Origin: an uncultured Candidatus Rokubacteria bacterium
GTDB taxonomy: Bacteria; Methylomirabilota; Methylomirabilia; Rokubacteriales; CSP1-6
DNA: 64,000 bases
Assembly: GCA_963771355.1 (NCBI GenBank)
Contig: CAVYTA010000006.1
Span: forward strand, 2,528,001-2,592,000
Direction: 5' to 3'
Below the pieces are notes generated by a model, which saw nothing but the letters and a program-made list of their open reading frames with translations, had not been told where the DNA came from and did no database searches. Numbering within the stretch: position 1 is the stretch's first letter; the number at the start of each line of letters is the position of its first letter. A program made the position numbers and the translations under genes. Of this stretch, positions 1 through 10,024 are shown piece after piece.

Positions 1-1087
1 GGAGGAGCCGCTTGGCCTTGTCCTTGTTCCGCTCGTTCCAGGGCAAGCCCTGGAGCTTGGTGTGCCAGGCGGTGATCTCGGCGGGGGAGAGGCTATTGTC
101 CATGCGATAGAACTCGCTCTTGCCGCCCGCCACCGTCTTCATGATCGGCTCGATGTCGATGGCGGCCTGCCAGGCCTGACGGAGCTTCTGGTTCGTCATC
201 AGGCCTTCCTTCTTGTTGAAGACCGCGACGAGCCAGTAATAGGGCTTGGCCACGATGGGCCGCGCGGCGGGATTCCGCTTGAGCCGGTCGAAGGCGTCCA
301 GGTTGAGGTCGTCGGCGAAGTCCAGCTCGCCGGTCTCGACCTGGGCGACCCGGGTCGCGACCTCGGGCACCGGCACCCAGCGGATCTCGTCCACATAGGC
401 GGTCTTGCCGCCGCCGTAGCCGTTCGGCTTCTCGTTGCGCGACTTGTAGTCGTCGAAGCGCACCATGCGGATGTACTGGTCGGGCTTCCACTCCGCGAGC
501 TTGTAGGGGCCGGTGCCGATGTACTCGGTGGCCTTGACCGCGGGCTCGAACTTCTCGGCGATCTCCTTGGGATAGATGGCTCCGAAGTTGTTGGGCACCC
601 CGAGCGAGATCAGCACGATGGCGGACTTCTCCTTCAGCCGCATGTCCACGGTGTACTTGTCGACGGCCTTGACGTCGGTGACCTGGGCGAAGAGCGCCTT
701 GCCATAGATGGACTGCTTGCCCCACCGGACGAGCGAGGCCACCACGTCGTCGGACGTCATCTCCTTGCCGTTGTGGAACTTGATGCCCTGGCGCAGCTTG
801 AAGGTGTAGACGAGACCGTCCTTGCTCACGGTATGGCTCTCCGCGAGCATGGGGATGGGCTTCTTGTCCTTGTCCAGGCTGTAGAGGCCCTCGTAGATGT
901 GGTTGGTGAGGGTCTCGGTGATGCTGGCGGTGGTCCAGTGGGCGTCCAGCGCGGGCGGCTCGCCGAGATTGCCGACGCGCATGACGCCCCCCTTCACCTG
1001 GGCGAGGGCGGCGCCGGCGGCGCCGGAGACGAGGACGACGGCGGCGAGAGCGATCAAGGCTTTTCGGATCACGACCGAAGCCAGCAT
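1..1087 (-). CDS. ABC transporter substrate-binding protein, family 5 (DppA/OppA-like); runs off the left edge
   Basis: Not in the ORF track. Manual translation gives MLASVVIRKALIALAAVVLVSGAAGAALAQ (signal peptide), then LGEPPALDAH...IYEGLYSLD...PMLAES...LRQGIKFHNG. AGGAGG RBS upstream. Confidence 0.9.
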   Translation of the reverse strand, partial: MLASVVIRKALIALAAVVLVSGAAGAALAQVKGGVMRVGNLGEPPALDAHWTTASITETLTNHIYEGLYSLDKDKKPIPMLAESHTVSKDGLVYTFKLRQGIKFHNGKEMTSDDVVASLVRWGKQSIYGKALFAQVTDVKAVDKYTVDMRLKEKSAIVLISLGVPNNFGAIYPKEIAEKFEPAVKATEYIGTGPYKLAEWKPDQYIRMVRFDDYKSRNEKPNGYGGGKTAYVDEIRWVPVPEVATRVAQVETGELDFADDLNLDAFDRLKRNPAARPIVAKPYYWLVAVFNKKEGLMTNQKLRQAWQAAIDIEPIMKTVAGGKSEFYRMDNSLSPAEITAWHTKLQGLPWNERNKDKAKRLL

Positions 1088-1179
1088 GCCGGGACCTCCT
1101 GCAAGGGGAAGTTGCGTCAGGTGGGTAGACTTTGCTCGACGGGGGGCAGGCTTGTCAACGGGGCTCCCGCAGCGTCCCG

Positions 1180-2635
1180 CTAGTCGAAGCCCGGCGGGGG
1201 AACGAAGCCCTGGAACTCACGCTCGAGCTGCTGGGCCAGCGCGATGCAGCCGCGATCGCCGTACTGTGGGCCCACGATCTGCGCCCCCACCGGTAGCCCA
1301 CCCGGGGTGAAGCCCGCCGGCGCCACCGTGGACGGCAGATAGGCCATGCCGGAAAAGCCCGCCCAGAAGAGCTGATCGGTGGTGGGCACGCGCCGGCCGT
1401 TGACGGTGATGGTGCGCTCGTGCCGCTCGCCCGCCTGATCATGGGGGAACGCGGCGGAGGCGGCGGTGGGGCAGAGGAGCACGTCCCACTCGCGGAAGAA
1501 CTCCGCCCAGCGCAGACGCATCCGGTGGCGCGTCTCGTTGGCGGCGAGCCAGTCGCGATGCGGCAAGACATTGGCTCGCATCATCCGCGCGTAGTACCGC
1601 TCGTCGCCGGGCGACAGCCCGGCCGCGATGGTGCGGTTGACCTCGAACTCCGCGTCCGTCTGCCGCGCGGAGGTCGCCGCGCGCAGGAGCTGGATGTACA
1701 CGCGATTGGCCTCGCCGGTGTCCACCGCGGGGCGCGCGCGATCGCTCACCTTGGCGCGCCGGCGTCCCAGGAAGTCGGCGAGGGCCTGGAGGCGATCCTG
1801 CACGTCTCCGTCCACTCGCGCCACCGGATCGTCGAGCATCACGGCGACGCGCCAGTCGCGCAGCGCGCGGCGGCGGGGCGCGGGCAGGCGAAGCTGCCAC
1901 CCCGCGCCGTCGATCTCGTCGCCCCCCGCCATCGCGGCCAGGCCGAGGGCCAGATCGTCGGCGCTGCGCGCCATCGGTCCCACCACCGCGATGTCGGTTT
2001 CCGCGACACGGCCGGGCAGGGCCTGGCCGCGCGGCGACACGATGCCCCAGGTCGGCTTGTGTCCGTAGACGCCGCAGAAGTGCGCGGGATTGCGGATGGA
2101 GGCGCCGATGTCGCTCCCCGCCTCGAGGCCGGTGAGGCCCGCGGCCAGCGCCGCCGCGGAGCCGCCGGAGGAGCCGCCGGGGGAGCGGGTCACGTCCCAG
2201 GGATTGTTGGTGGTGCCGTAGATCGCGTTGAAGCTCTGCCAGTCGCCGAGATGCAGCGGCACGTTCGTCTTGCCGAACAGCACGACGCCGGCGGCCAGGA
2301 GCCGGCTCACCGCCAGCGCGTTCTCGCTGGGATAGTTGTCCTTGAGGTCGGCGATGCCCCAGGTGGTGGGCATGCCCACCACGTCGTAGGACTCCTTCAC
2401 CGTCATGGGCACGCCGTGCAGCGGGCCCCACACCTGCCCCTTGCGGAGCGCGGCGTCGGCGGCGCGGGCACGCTTGCGCGCGGCCTCGAGGTCGGTGACC
2501 ACGATGGCATTGAGCCGGGGGTTGTGCCGCGCCATGCGCGCGAGATAGAGGTCGAGCAGCTCGAGGCAGCCGATCTTGCGCGCGGCGAATCAAGGACGCG
2601 AGCTGTTTCGCCGACCGGAACGGGATGTCCTGCAT
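1180..2635 (-). CDS. Amidase (amidase-signature family), frameshift near 2580
   Basis: Motifs GPLHGVPMTVKE, GGSSGGSAAA and GSDIGASIRNPA. The N-terminus MQDIPFRSAKQLASLIRR lies in another frame and joins KIGCLELLDLYLAR. Confidence 0.9.
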
Positions 2636-2675
2636 GCACGGCCTCCTTGGCCGCCGCGGGCGCGGGGTCCACCGG

Positions 2676-2704
2676 ACTCTAGGCGGGGCTACGGGGGCTG
2701 TCAA
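2676..2704 (-). promoter_or_regulatory. sigma70-type promoter for the amidase
   Basis: TTGACA-N17-TAGAGT on the minus strand. Confidence 0.7.
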
Positions 2705-2739
2705 GGCCGGCGCCCGCAAGACGTGTATGATGCCGGGCG

Positions 2740-3807
2740 ATGGGCGCAGCCACCGTCACGCGCGCGCGGAGCCTCGCCACGGCGGCGCTCACGCTCGTCC
2801 TCGTCGGCGCGCCGGCTCTTTCGCTCGTGTCTCCCGCGCCCGCGGAAGCGGTGGAGGCGACCTGGGACATCCGCCTGCTTTCCGTCGACGACCGCCGCCG
2901 CCTCCTGGCGGGGGAGACGGTCCCCTTCCCCGTGACCGAGCGCACCGACCGGGATCTGGCCGGCGGCGTGATGCTCTTCGTGGCCGCGCCCTTCGCCCGT
3001 GTGGCCGAGTACCTCGCGGAGAGCGAGCTCGCGGTGCGCGAGCCCGGCATCCTGGGGTGGGGCGCGCTCCCCGAGCGCGCGGGGCCGGACGCGCTGGCGC
3101 GGCTGCGGCTCGGCCCCGCGGAATCCGACGAGCTCCTGGACGCGCGCCCGGGCTCGGTGTGGAATCTCTCCGGCGCGGAGATGGATGGGCTGCGCGCGCT
3201 TCGGCCTCGCCTCGGGCAGGCCGCGAAGGCGGCGCAGGTGGAGGCGGCGAGCGTCCAGTACCGCGCGCTGCTGCTCCAGCGGGCCCAGGCCTTCCGGGCG
3301 CGCGGGCTCGGCGGCATCGAGCCCTACGCGCGGCGCGGCGGAACCGCCGCCGATCCGGGCGGCGAGCTCCGTCTGGCCGCGGAGGACGCGCGGCCGCTCG
3401 TCGCCTCGGCGCCCGCCCTCCCCGAAGCGCTGCTGAACTTCCCCGCCCTCCAGCATGCCGAGCGGGTCAGCCAGATCTACTGGGTCGAGCGGCGCCTGCA
3501 GGGCCGCGTCACGCCCATCCTGGTCCATCAGATGGTGGAGGTCCGGCCGGAGCTGGCGCTGCACGTGGAGCGGCACTTCTTCGTCGCTCACGCCTATAAC
3601 TCGAGCCAGACCCTGACCGGAGCCTTCCCGTGGGGCACGGGCACCCTGCTGTTCACGGTGGCCCGGGTGTCCACCGATCTCGTGTCCGGGCTCGGCGGCG
3701 ACATGAAGCGCGCCATCGGCCGCCGCCAGCTCCGCGGCGATCTCGGCGGACGCCTGGAGCGCCTCCGCGGCGCGGTGGTGAAGGCCCAGCCGCCCCAGAG
3801 CCCCTAG
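2740..3807 (+). CDS. Exported hypothetical protein
   Basis: 355-aa ORF with a signal-peptide-like N-terminus. TATGAT -10 box 8 nt before the ATG. No family recognised. Confidence 0.75.
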   Translation: MGAATVTRARSLATAALTLVLVGAPALSLVSPAPAEAVEATWDIRLLSVDDRRRLLAGETVPFPVTERTDRDLAGGVMLFVAAPFARVAEYLAESELAVREPGILGWGALPERAGPDALARLRLGPAESDELLDARPGSVWNLSGAEMDGLRALRPRLGQAAKAAQVEAASVQYRALLLQRAQAFRARGLGGIEPYARRGGTAADPGGELRLAAEDARPLVASAPALPEALLNFPALQHAERVSQIYWVERRLQGRVTPILVHQMVEVRPELALHVERHFFVAHAYNSSQTLTGAFPWGTGTLLFTVARVSTDLVSGLGGDMKRAIGRRQLRGDLGGRLERLRGAVVKAQPPQSP

Positions 3808-3815
3808 TGGTGTGA

Positions 3816-4318
3816 GGGGCCATCGGCGGCATTCACGCCGTGGGTGGCGCCCAGCGACTTGGCGTCTCGAGCTTGGCGGCGGAGACGTCCACCGCGATGA
3901 TCATGCGGGCGCCGGCGATCACCGCCCCTGGATGGCGGCGAGCCCGACGCCCCCGGCGCCGTAGACGGCCACCGTGGTGCCGGCCTCGACGCGCGCGGTG
4001 TTGAGCACCGCGCCCACCCCGGTCGTCACCCCGCACCCGATCAGCGCCCCGCGGTCGAGCGGCATGTCGTCGCGCACCTTCACCAGGCCGCTGTCGTGCA
4101 CGAGCATCTGCTCGGCATAGCTCGACAGGTTGGCGAACTGGTTGACGGGCGCGCCCTTCCACGAGAGCTTCGGCGGCTCGGTGGTCGCGCGCACGGGCCG
4201 GCTCTGGCACAGGTGGGTGCGCCCGGTCAGGCAGTACTCGCAGTGCCCGCAGAAGACCGACAGGCAGGCGATGACGTGATCGCCGGGCTTGAACTCGTCC
4301 ACGTGGGGGCACCGCCAG
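3816..4318 (-). pseudogene. Zn-dependent alcohol dehydrogenase (MDR) internal fragment
   Basis: FKPGDHV, structural Zn motif CGHCEYCLTGRTHLC, GCGVTTG and GAGGVG. Lacks the N-terminal GHE region and the C-terminal third. Several indels. Confidence 0.8.
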
Positions 4319-4352
4319 GTCGTCGTACCATCCGCGCATACGGGAGGCGCCC

Positions 4353-5873
4353 ATGAGACTGCCGCTCGCCGTCGTGTCGCTGCTCGTTGCTCTGGCCGGA
4401 CCCGCCGCGGCGGCGCCCGAGGGGACCCTCACCTGGGGGCTCCACGTCACGCTGGCCTCCAAGTGGCTCGACCCCGGCGACACCGAGGCGTTCATCAACC
4501 CGTTCATGGTGCTCTACGCCGTCCACGACGCGCTGGTGAAGCCGATGCCGGGCGGCGACAACACGCCGAGCCTGGCCGAGTCGTGGACGGTCTCCAGGGA
4601 CGGGCTGACCTACGAGTTCCTCCTCCGCAAGGGGGTGAAGTTCCACAACGGCGACCCCGTGACGGCCGACGACGTGAAGTTCTCCTTCGACCGCTACCGC
4701 GGCGCCGCCGCCAAGCTGCTCAAGGACCGCGTGCGCGAGGTGCAGATCGTCGACCCCGGCCGCGTGCGTTTTCTCTTGAAGGAGCCGTGGCCGGACTTCA
4801 TGACCTTCTACGGCACGTCCGCCACCGGGGCGGCGTGGATCGTGCCCAAGCGCTATGTCGAGAAGGTGGGCGACGACGGGTTCTTGAAGGCGCCGATCGG
4901 CGCCGGGCCCTATCGCGTGGTGAGCTTCAATCCCGGCGTGGATCTCGTCATGGAAGCCTTCGAGGGTTACTGGCGCAAGGTCCCCTCGGTCAAGCGGCTG
5001 GTCTTTCGCAGCATGTCGGACGAGACCACGCGCGCCGCCGCGCTCAAGGCGGGCGACGTGGACATCGTCTATCTGCTCAGCGGTCCGACCGCGGAGGAGA
5101 TCAAGCGGACGCCCGGGTTCAAGCTGGTGGCGGCGCGGCCGCCCGGCGTTCCCTACCTCGACCTGCCCGAGCAGTGGGATCCGAAGTCGCCGTGGCACGA
5201 CCGGCGCGTGCGCCTGGCCGCCAGCCATGCCCTCGATCGCCACGCGCTCAACCAAGCCGAAACGCTGGGGCTCTCACGTCCGACGGGGGGCCTCATCCCG
5301 CGCGTCCTGGACTTCGCTAAGGTGTACGAGCCGCCGGCCTACGATCCGGCCCGGGCCCGGAGGCTGCTGGCCGAGGCGGGATACCCGAACGGCTTCGACG
5401 CGGGCGACCTGACCCCGTTCCCGCCGTTCTTCGGTCTGGCCGAAGGCCTGGTGAACTATCTGCAGCAGGTGGGCATCCGCACGCGCATGCGCTCGATGGA
5501 GCGTGCCGCGTTCCTGAGCGCGTGGCGGGAAAAGAAGCTCAAGGGTGTGATCATGGGTCTCGGCGCCCCCGCCGGCAACGCGGCCACGCGCATCGAGGTC
5601 TACGTCACCAAGAGTGGCATCTACTCGTCGGGGGTGGTGCCCGAGATCGAGGACCTCTTCCAGCGCCAGGCCCGCGAGCTCGACCGCAAGAAGCGCGAGG
5701 CCCTGCTCCACCAGATCCAGGACATCATGGTCGACCGCGTGATGCACGTGCCGATCTACGAGCTCGCGTTCCTGTGGGGGGTCGGGCCGCGGGTGGAGGA
5801 AGCCGCCGTCGATCACATCAAGGGATTTTCCTACTCCGCCCCCTACGAGGACCTGAAGCTGAAGGGGCGCTGA
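4353..5873 (+). CDS. ABC transporter substrate-binding protein, family 5
   Basis: Signal peptide; LAESW...LRKGVKFHNGDPVTADDVKFS; PIGAGPY; GGAGG RBS. Confidence 0.93.
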   Translation: MRLPLAVVSLLVALAGPAAAAPEGTLTWGLHVTLASKWLDPGDTEAFINPFMVLYAVHDALVKPMPGGDNTPSLAESWTVSRDGLTYEFLLRKGVKFHNGDPVTADDVKFSFDRYRGAAAKLLKDRVREVQIVDPGRVRFLLKEPWPDFMTFYGTSATGAAWIVPKRYVEKVGDDGFLKAPIGAGPYRVVSFNPGVDLVMEAFEGYWRKVPSVKRLVFRSMSDETTRAAALKAGDVDIVYLLSGPTAEEIKRTPGFKLVAARPPGVPYLDLPEQWDPKSPWHDRRVRLAASHALDRHALNQAETLGLSRPTGGLIPRVLDFAKVYEPPAYDPARARRLLAEAGYPNGFDAGDLTPFPPFFGLAEGLVNYLQQVGIRTRMRSMERAAFLSAWREKKLKGVIMGLGAPAGNAATRIEVYVTKSGIYSSGVVPEIEDLFQRQARELDRKKREALLHQIQDIMVDRVMHVPIYELAFLWGVGPRVEEAAVDHIKGFSYSAPYEDLKLKGR

Positions 5874-5888
5874 GCGGACGGAGCGGCG

Positions 5889-6926
5889 CTAGACGGGAAT
5901 GGCGACGCGGGCGAGGACGGCGGGCTCGGCCAGCAGGCGGCCGGCCCCGCGGACGACGCAGGTGAGCGGATCGTCGCTCACCGAGATGGGCAGGTCGGTC
6001 TGGCGATGCAGGAGCTCGGCGAGGCCGGGCAGGAGCGAGCCCCCGCCGGTGAGCTTGATCCCGTTGTCCACGATGTCGGCGGCCAGCTCGGGCGGCGTGC
6101 GCTCGAGACAGCCGTGCATGGCCTCGATGATGGCCTCGATGGGCTCGCGCAGGGCCTCCCGCACCTCGGCCCCACTCACATAGACGGTGCGCGGCAGCCC
6201 CGCGGTGAGGTCGCGCCCCTTCACCGCGAGGGTCTCGGTGTCGCGCCCGCTCGGGTACGCGGAGCCGATGGCGAGCTTGATCTCCTCCGCGCGCCGCTCC
6301 CCGATGAGGAGCCCGTGGGCCTTGCGCACGTGCTGGGTGATGGCGTCGTTCATGTCGTCGCCCGCGATGCGCAGCGAGGAGGAGAAGACGATGCCGGACA
6401 GCGAGATCACCGCGACCTCGGTGGTGCCGCCCCCGATGTCCACGATCATGCTGGCGCCCGGCTCCGAGATGGGCAGCCCCGCGCCGAGGGCGGCGGCGGT
6501 GGGCTCGGCGATGAGGAACACGCGCCCCGCGCCGGCGTGGCCGGCGGACTCCACCACCGCGCGGCGCTCCACCTGGGTGATGCCGGACGGCACGCAGATG
6601 ACCACGCGCGGATGCACGGGGCTTCGCCGCGGCTGCGCGCGGCGGATGAAGTGGTACAGCATCTTTTCCGTCGTGTCGTAATCCGCGATCACCCCGTGGC
6701 GCAGCGGGCGCACCACCTCGATGGTGCCCGGCGCACGGCCCAGCATGGCCTTGGCCTGGGCGCCCACTGCCAGCACCGATCGGTCGCTGGTGTTCAGCGC
6801 CACGATGGACGGCTCGTTGAGCACGATCCCCTGGCCGGGGGCATACACCAAGGTATTGGCGGTGCCCAAGTCCACGGCGAGATCGTTCGGGAAGAGACGG
6901 CTCAGCGTACGGGCGAAGAACGACAT
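5889..6926 (-). CDS. mreB: Rod shape-determining protein MreB (orphan paralogue)
   Basis: DLGTANT, EPSIVA, PLRHGVIAD, DIGGGTTEVAVIS, KGRDL..GLP and LTGGGSLL motifs. No mreC or mreD adjacent. Confidence 0.92.
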   Translation of the reverse strand: MSFFARTLSRLFPNDLAVDLGTANTLVYAPGQGIVLNEPSIVALNTSDRSVLAVGAQAKAMLGRAPGTIEVVRPLRHGVIADYDTTEKMLYHFIRRAQPRRSPVHPRVVICVPSGITQVERRAVVESAGHAGAGRVFLIAEPTAAALGAGLPISEPGASMIVDIGGGTTEVAVISLSGIVFSSSLRIAGDDMNDAITQHVRKAHGLLIGERRAEEIKLAIGSAYPSGRDTETLAVKGRDLTAGLPRTVYVSGAEVREALREPIEAIIEAMHGCLERTPPELAADIVDNGIKLTGGGSLLPGLAELLHRQTDLPISVSDDPLTCVVRGAGRLLAEPAVLARVAIPV

Positions 6927-6940
6927 CGTATCCCGGAGAC

Positions 6941-6955
6941 GCAACGGGTGTGCCA
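6941..6955 (-). promoter_or_regulatory. sigma54 (-24/-12) promoter upstream of mreB
   Basis: TGGCAC-ACCCG-TTGC matches TGGCAC-N5-TTGC, 14 nt before the mreB ATG. Confidence 0.72.
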
Positions 6956-7068
6956 CCGCGGGGGCGAGGAGGATCCGCCCACCCTGCGCCGCATATATGG
7001 GTGGTTGTTGGGCATCTCGGGAACCGAGCGCCGCGCCTGACGGCGCGCCCGCGTCACGAGCGCAACAC

Positions 7069-7098
7069 TTACACGGAATTCATGTAGGGATTACACGG
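7069..7098. repeat. Direct repeat TTACACGG x2 (22-bp period), candidate activator site
   Basis: Copies at 7069-7076 and 7091-7098 in an AT-rich intergenic patch. Confidence 0.5.
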
Positions 7099-7127
7099 GC
7101 CCGCCCGGTCTGCGCTTGAACTAGACT

Positions 7128-8021
7128 GTGGCCGTGGACACCGTCACTCTCGGCACCGCGACCCCCGGCGGCGGCTTCCCCGTCTACGGACAGGCATTCG
7201 CGGAGACGATCGGGGAGACGGATCCAGCCCTCACGGTACGCACCCAGCACACCAAGGGGAGCACGGAGAACGTGCCCCTGCTCGAGGCGGGCCGGCTCGA
7301 CCTCGCCCTGGTCCAAGGCGAAGTCGCCCACGAGGCCCTCTCGGGCATCGGGCGGCCGCCCGCCGATCTCCGGATCCTCGCCGCGATGTACTCGACCCCC
7401 GGCATGTTCGTGGCGCGCGCCGATTCCGAGTACCGCGTCATCGCGGATCTGACCGGGCGCCATGTGGCGTTCGGCGCCCGCGGCTCCGGGCTCGTGATCC
7501 TCGCGCGCTATGTGCTCGACGGGCTCGGACTCGATCAGGCGCGCGACTTCCACCCCGTCTTCCTCGACGCCGCCGGGGATGGCCCCGCCATGGTGCTGGA
7601 CGGACGCGTGGCCGCGCTCTGGGGTGGCGGCATCGGCTGGCCCGGCTTCACCGCGGTGGCGCGCGGCCCCGCCGGGGCGCGCTTCATCGTGCCCGACGCC
7701 GACGGCATCCGCCGCATCCTGGCCAAGCACGCCTTCCTCAAGCCGATGACGGTGCCGGCCGGCTCTTATCCGGGGCAGAGCGGGGCCATCGCCTCGGTGG
7801 GCTCGTGGAGCTTCGTCATGGCGCGCCCCACCCTGGACGAGGCGCTGGCCTATCGCCTGGCGCGCGCGCTGCACCGCGGGGAAGCCGCCCTCGGCGCGCG
7901 CCTGGCCCAGGCCCGCGAGACCACCGCCGCCAATACCGTGGCCGCCGCGCCCCGAGTCGAGCTCATCCACCCCGGCGCGCGGCGCTACCTCCGCGAGATC
8001 GGGCTCCTGCGCGCGGAGTGA
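7128..8021 (+). CDS. TAXI-family TRAP solute receptor, no signal peptide (start may be GTG 7134)
   Basis: TLGTATPGGGFPVYG, TKGSTENV, G..GSG and IHPGARRY motifs. Confidence 0.85.
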   Translation: MAVDTVTLGTATPGGGFPVYGQAFAETIGETDPALTVRTQHTKGSTENVPLLEAGRLDLALVQGEVAHEALSGIGRPPADLRILAAMYSTPGMFVARADSEYRVIADLTGRHVAFGARGSGLVILARYVLDGLGLDQARDFHPVFLDAAGDGPAMVLDGRVAALWGGGIGWPGFTAVARGPAGARFIVPDADGIRRILAKHAFLKPMTVPAGSYPGQSGAIASVGSWSFVMARPTLDEALAYRLARALHRGEAALGARLAQARETTAANTVAAAPRVELIHPGARRYLREIGLLRAE

Positions 8022-9060
8022 CGCGCTGACCCAGGAGCGCGGGGAAGCCGGCCCGGCCTCCCGCCCGCACCTGGTCCAGCGTGCACTGGCGCGGCGCCTT
8101 GTCGGGCCGCCAGCGCAGGAAGCGGGTGCCGTGGCGGAACCGCCCTCCCGTGAAGTGGTCGTAGCCCACCTCCGCCACCAGTTCCGGCCGCAGCGGCTCC
8201 CACTCCGCCGAGCGGTCCGTGCTCCAGCGGCTCGGTCCACCCGGCGCCTGGCCGGTGAAGCCGGGCGGCGCGATGAGCGGACGCAGCCGCTCGAGCAGCG
8301 CCTTGCGCTCCGGGGCGGAGAAGCTGGAGGTGAACCCCACGTGGTGCAGCAGGCCCTGCGCGTCGTAGAGCCCCAGCAGGAGCGACCCCACCACGCGCGC
8401 GCCGGAGGCATAGCGGAACCCGCCCACCACGCAATCCACCGTCCGGGCGCGCTTGACCTTCTCCATCCCGGTGCGGTCGCCGGAGCGATAGTCGAGATCG
8501 AGGCGCTTGGCGATCACGCCGTCCACCGCGCCGCCCGCGCCGGAGAGCCATGCGCGGGCCACCGCCGCGTCGGTGGAGGCGGGCGACAGCGCGAGTCCGG
8601 CCGCGTCCGCCAGGTGCTTCCGTCCGAAGGCCTCGAGCCGCCGGCGGCGCTCGCGCAGCGGCCGGTCGGTGAGCCGGCGGCCCTCGGCGTCCACCAGGAG
8701 ATCGAACACGACCAGCACCGCGGGGGACTCGCGCGAGAGCCGCTCCACGCGGCTCGGCGCCGGATGGATGCGCTGAAGCAGGTCGTCGAAGGAGAGGCCG
8801 GCCCCCTTCGGCACCACCAGCTCGCCGTCGAGGACGAACCGGCGGGCCTTGAGTGCGCGGAGCGCCGTCACCACCTCGGGGAAATACCGCGCCAGCGGCT
8901 GGCCCGACTTCGACTGGAGCTCCACCCCGTCTCCGTCCCGGAAGGCCACACAGCGGAAGCCGTCCCACTTGGGCTCGTACTGCCAGGCCGGCCCAAGCGG
9001 GAGCTCCGTCACCAGGCGCGCCTCCATGGGCGGATACGGCGGCGCCAGCGGCAGCGTCAT
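7963..9060 (-). CDS. ligC: ATP-dependent DNA ligase, LigC/LigD-ligase type
   Basis: PMEA, adenylation motif EPKWDGFR, LDGELV, FDLL, DGVIAK, SLLLGLY, FRHGTRFLRWRPDK. Confidence 0.88.
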   Translation of the reverse strand: MTLPLAPPYPPMEARLVTELPLGPAWQYEPKWDGFRCVAFRDGDGVELQSKSGQPLARYFPEVVTALRALKARRFVLDGELVVPKGAGLSFDDLLQRIHPAPSRVERLSRESPAVLVVFDLLVDAEGRRLTDRPLRERRRRLEAFGRKHLADAAGLALSPASTDAAVARAWLSGAGGAVDGVIAKRLDLDYRSGDRTGMEKVKRARTVDCVVGGFRYASGARVVGSLLLGLYDAQGLLHHVGFTSSFSAPERKALLERLRPLIAPPGFTGQAPGGPSRWSTDRSAEWEPLRPELVAEVGYDHFTGGRFRHGTRFLRWRPDKAPRQCTLDQVRAGGRAGFPALLGQRVTPRAGARSRGGSAARRGG

Positions 9061-9079
9061 GCGAGCGCCCGCGGCCGCG

Positions 9080-10024
9080 TCATCCTGCACTCTTCAGCCG
9101 ATGCCGGCCGCGCCGGGCGAGCACCGGCGCGAACAGGTCGCCCACGCGAGCGAGCCGGGCGGGCACGTTGTCGAGGCGGAAATCTTCCAGCTTGGCCCCG
9201 CGCTCGACTTCCTGCCAGGTCAGCGGCGTGGACACCGCGGCCCGGGGCGACGGCCGCACCGAGTAGGCCGAGGCCAGCGTGCGGCCCCACGCGTTCTGGT
9301 TGTAGTCGACGAGGACGCGCCCGGCGGGCCGGCGGGCCACGCGATACTCCGCGGTGACGAGCGTCGGATGACGCGCGGCGAGGGCGACGGCGAGCGCCTT
9401 GGCCTCCGTCCACACCGCCTTCTGGGTGGGCCCGCGGACGATGGGCACGTAGACGTGGATGCCACGCGAGCCGGTGGTCTTCGGGAAGGAGGGCATGCCC
9501 AGGCGGTCCAGCGCCGTCCGGAGCAGGAGTGCGACCGCCCGCACCGTCTCGAAGTCGGCGCCGCGGACCGGATCCAGGTCGAAGTGGAGATAGTCCGGCC
9601 GCTGCACGTCGTCGCAGCGCGCGTACCACGGGTTCAGGTCGATGCAGCCGAGATTGACCAGCCACAGCAGCGAGAGGAGGTCCTGGACCATCGGGTACTC
9701 GATCACGCTGCCGGAGCCGTGCTCGATGGCGCAGGTCTCGATCCAGGGCGGGCGTGACGCGGGCGCGCGCTTCATGAAGAAGAAGGGGCCCCCGGCGCCG
9801 CCGGGGTAGCGTTTCATCACCATGGCCCGGTCCCGGAGATGCGGCAAGAGCTCGGGCGCCACCGCCAGGTAGTAGCGCAGCAAGTCGCCCTTGGTGAGCC
9901 CGAGGGCCGGCCAGAACGGCTTGCGCAGGTTGGTGAGCATGGTGCTCCGGCCGCGCAGCCGCACCTCCGCGGTGTCGCGATCGGCGGGGATCACCCGCGC
10001 CGCCGGCGGCGCGGCGGGGCTCAC
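9080..10024 (-). CDS. Stand-alone LigD-type primase-polymerase (Prim-Pol) domain protein
   Basis: C-terminal part of ORF 9080..10771: LTNLRKPFW, TKGDLLRYY, KRYP, HFDLDP, TTGSRGIHV, VLVDYNQN, SAYSVR. GTG start overlaps the upstream TGA. Confidence 0.9.
   Translation of the reverse strand: MSPAAPPAARVIPADRDTAEVRLRGRSTMLTNLRKPFWPALGLTKGDLLRYYLAVAPELLPHLRDRAMVMKRYPGGAGGPFFFMKRAPASRPPWIETCAIEHGSGSVIEYPMVQDLLSLLWLVNLGCIDLNPWYARCDDVQRPDYLHFDLDPVRGADFETVRAVALLLRTALDRLGMPSFPKTTGSRGIHVYVPIVRGPTQKAVWTEAKALAVALAARHPTLVTAEYRVARRPAGRVLVDYNQNAWGRTLASAYSVRPSPRAAVSTPLTWQEVERGAKLEDFRLDNVPARLARVGDLFAPVLARRGRHRLKSAG

Noticed and set aside
7963..8021. 59-bp convergent overlap of the ligase and TAXI genes as a regulatory feature
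   Set aside because: The ligase tail is a low-complexity run-on, which is common where stop codons are scarce
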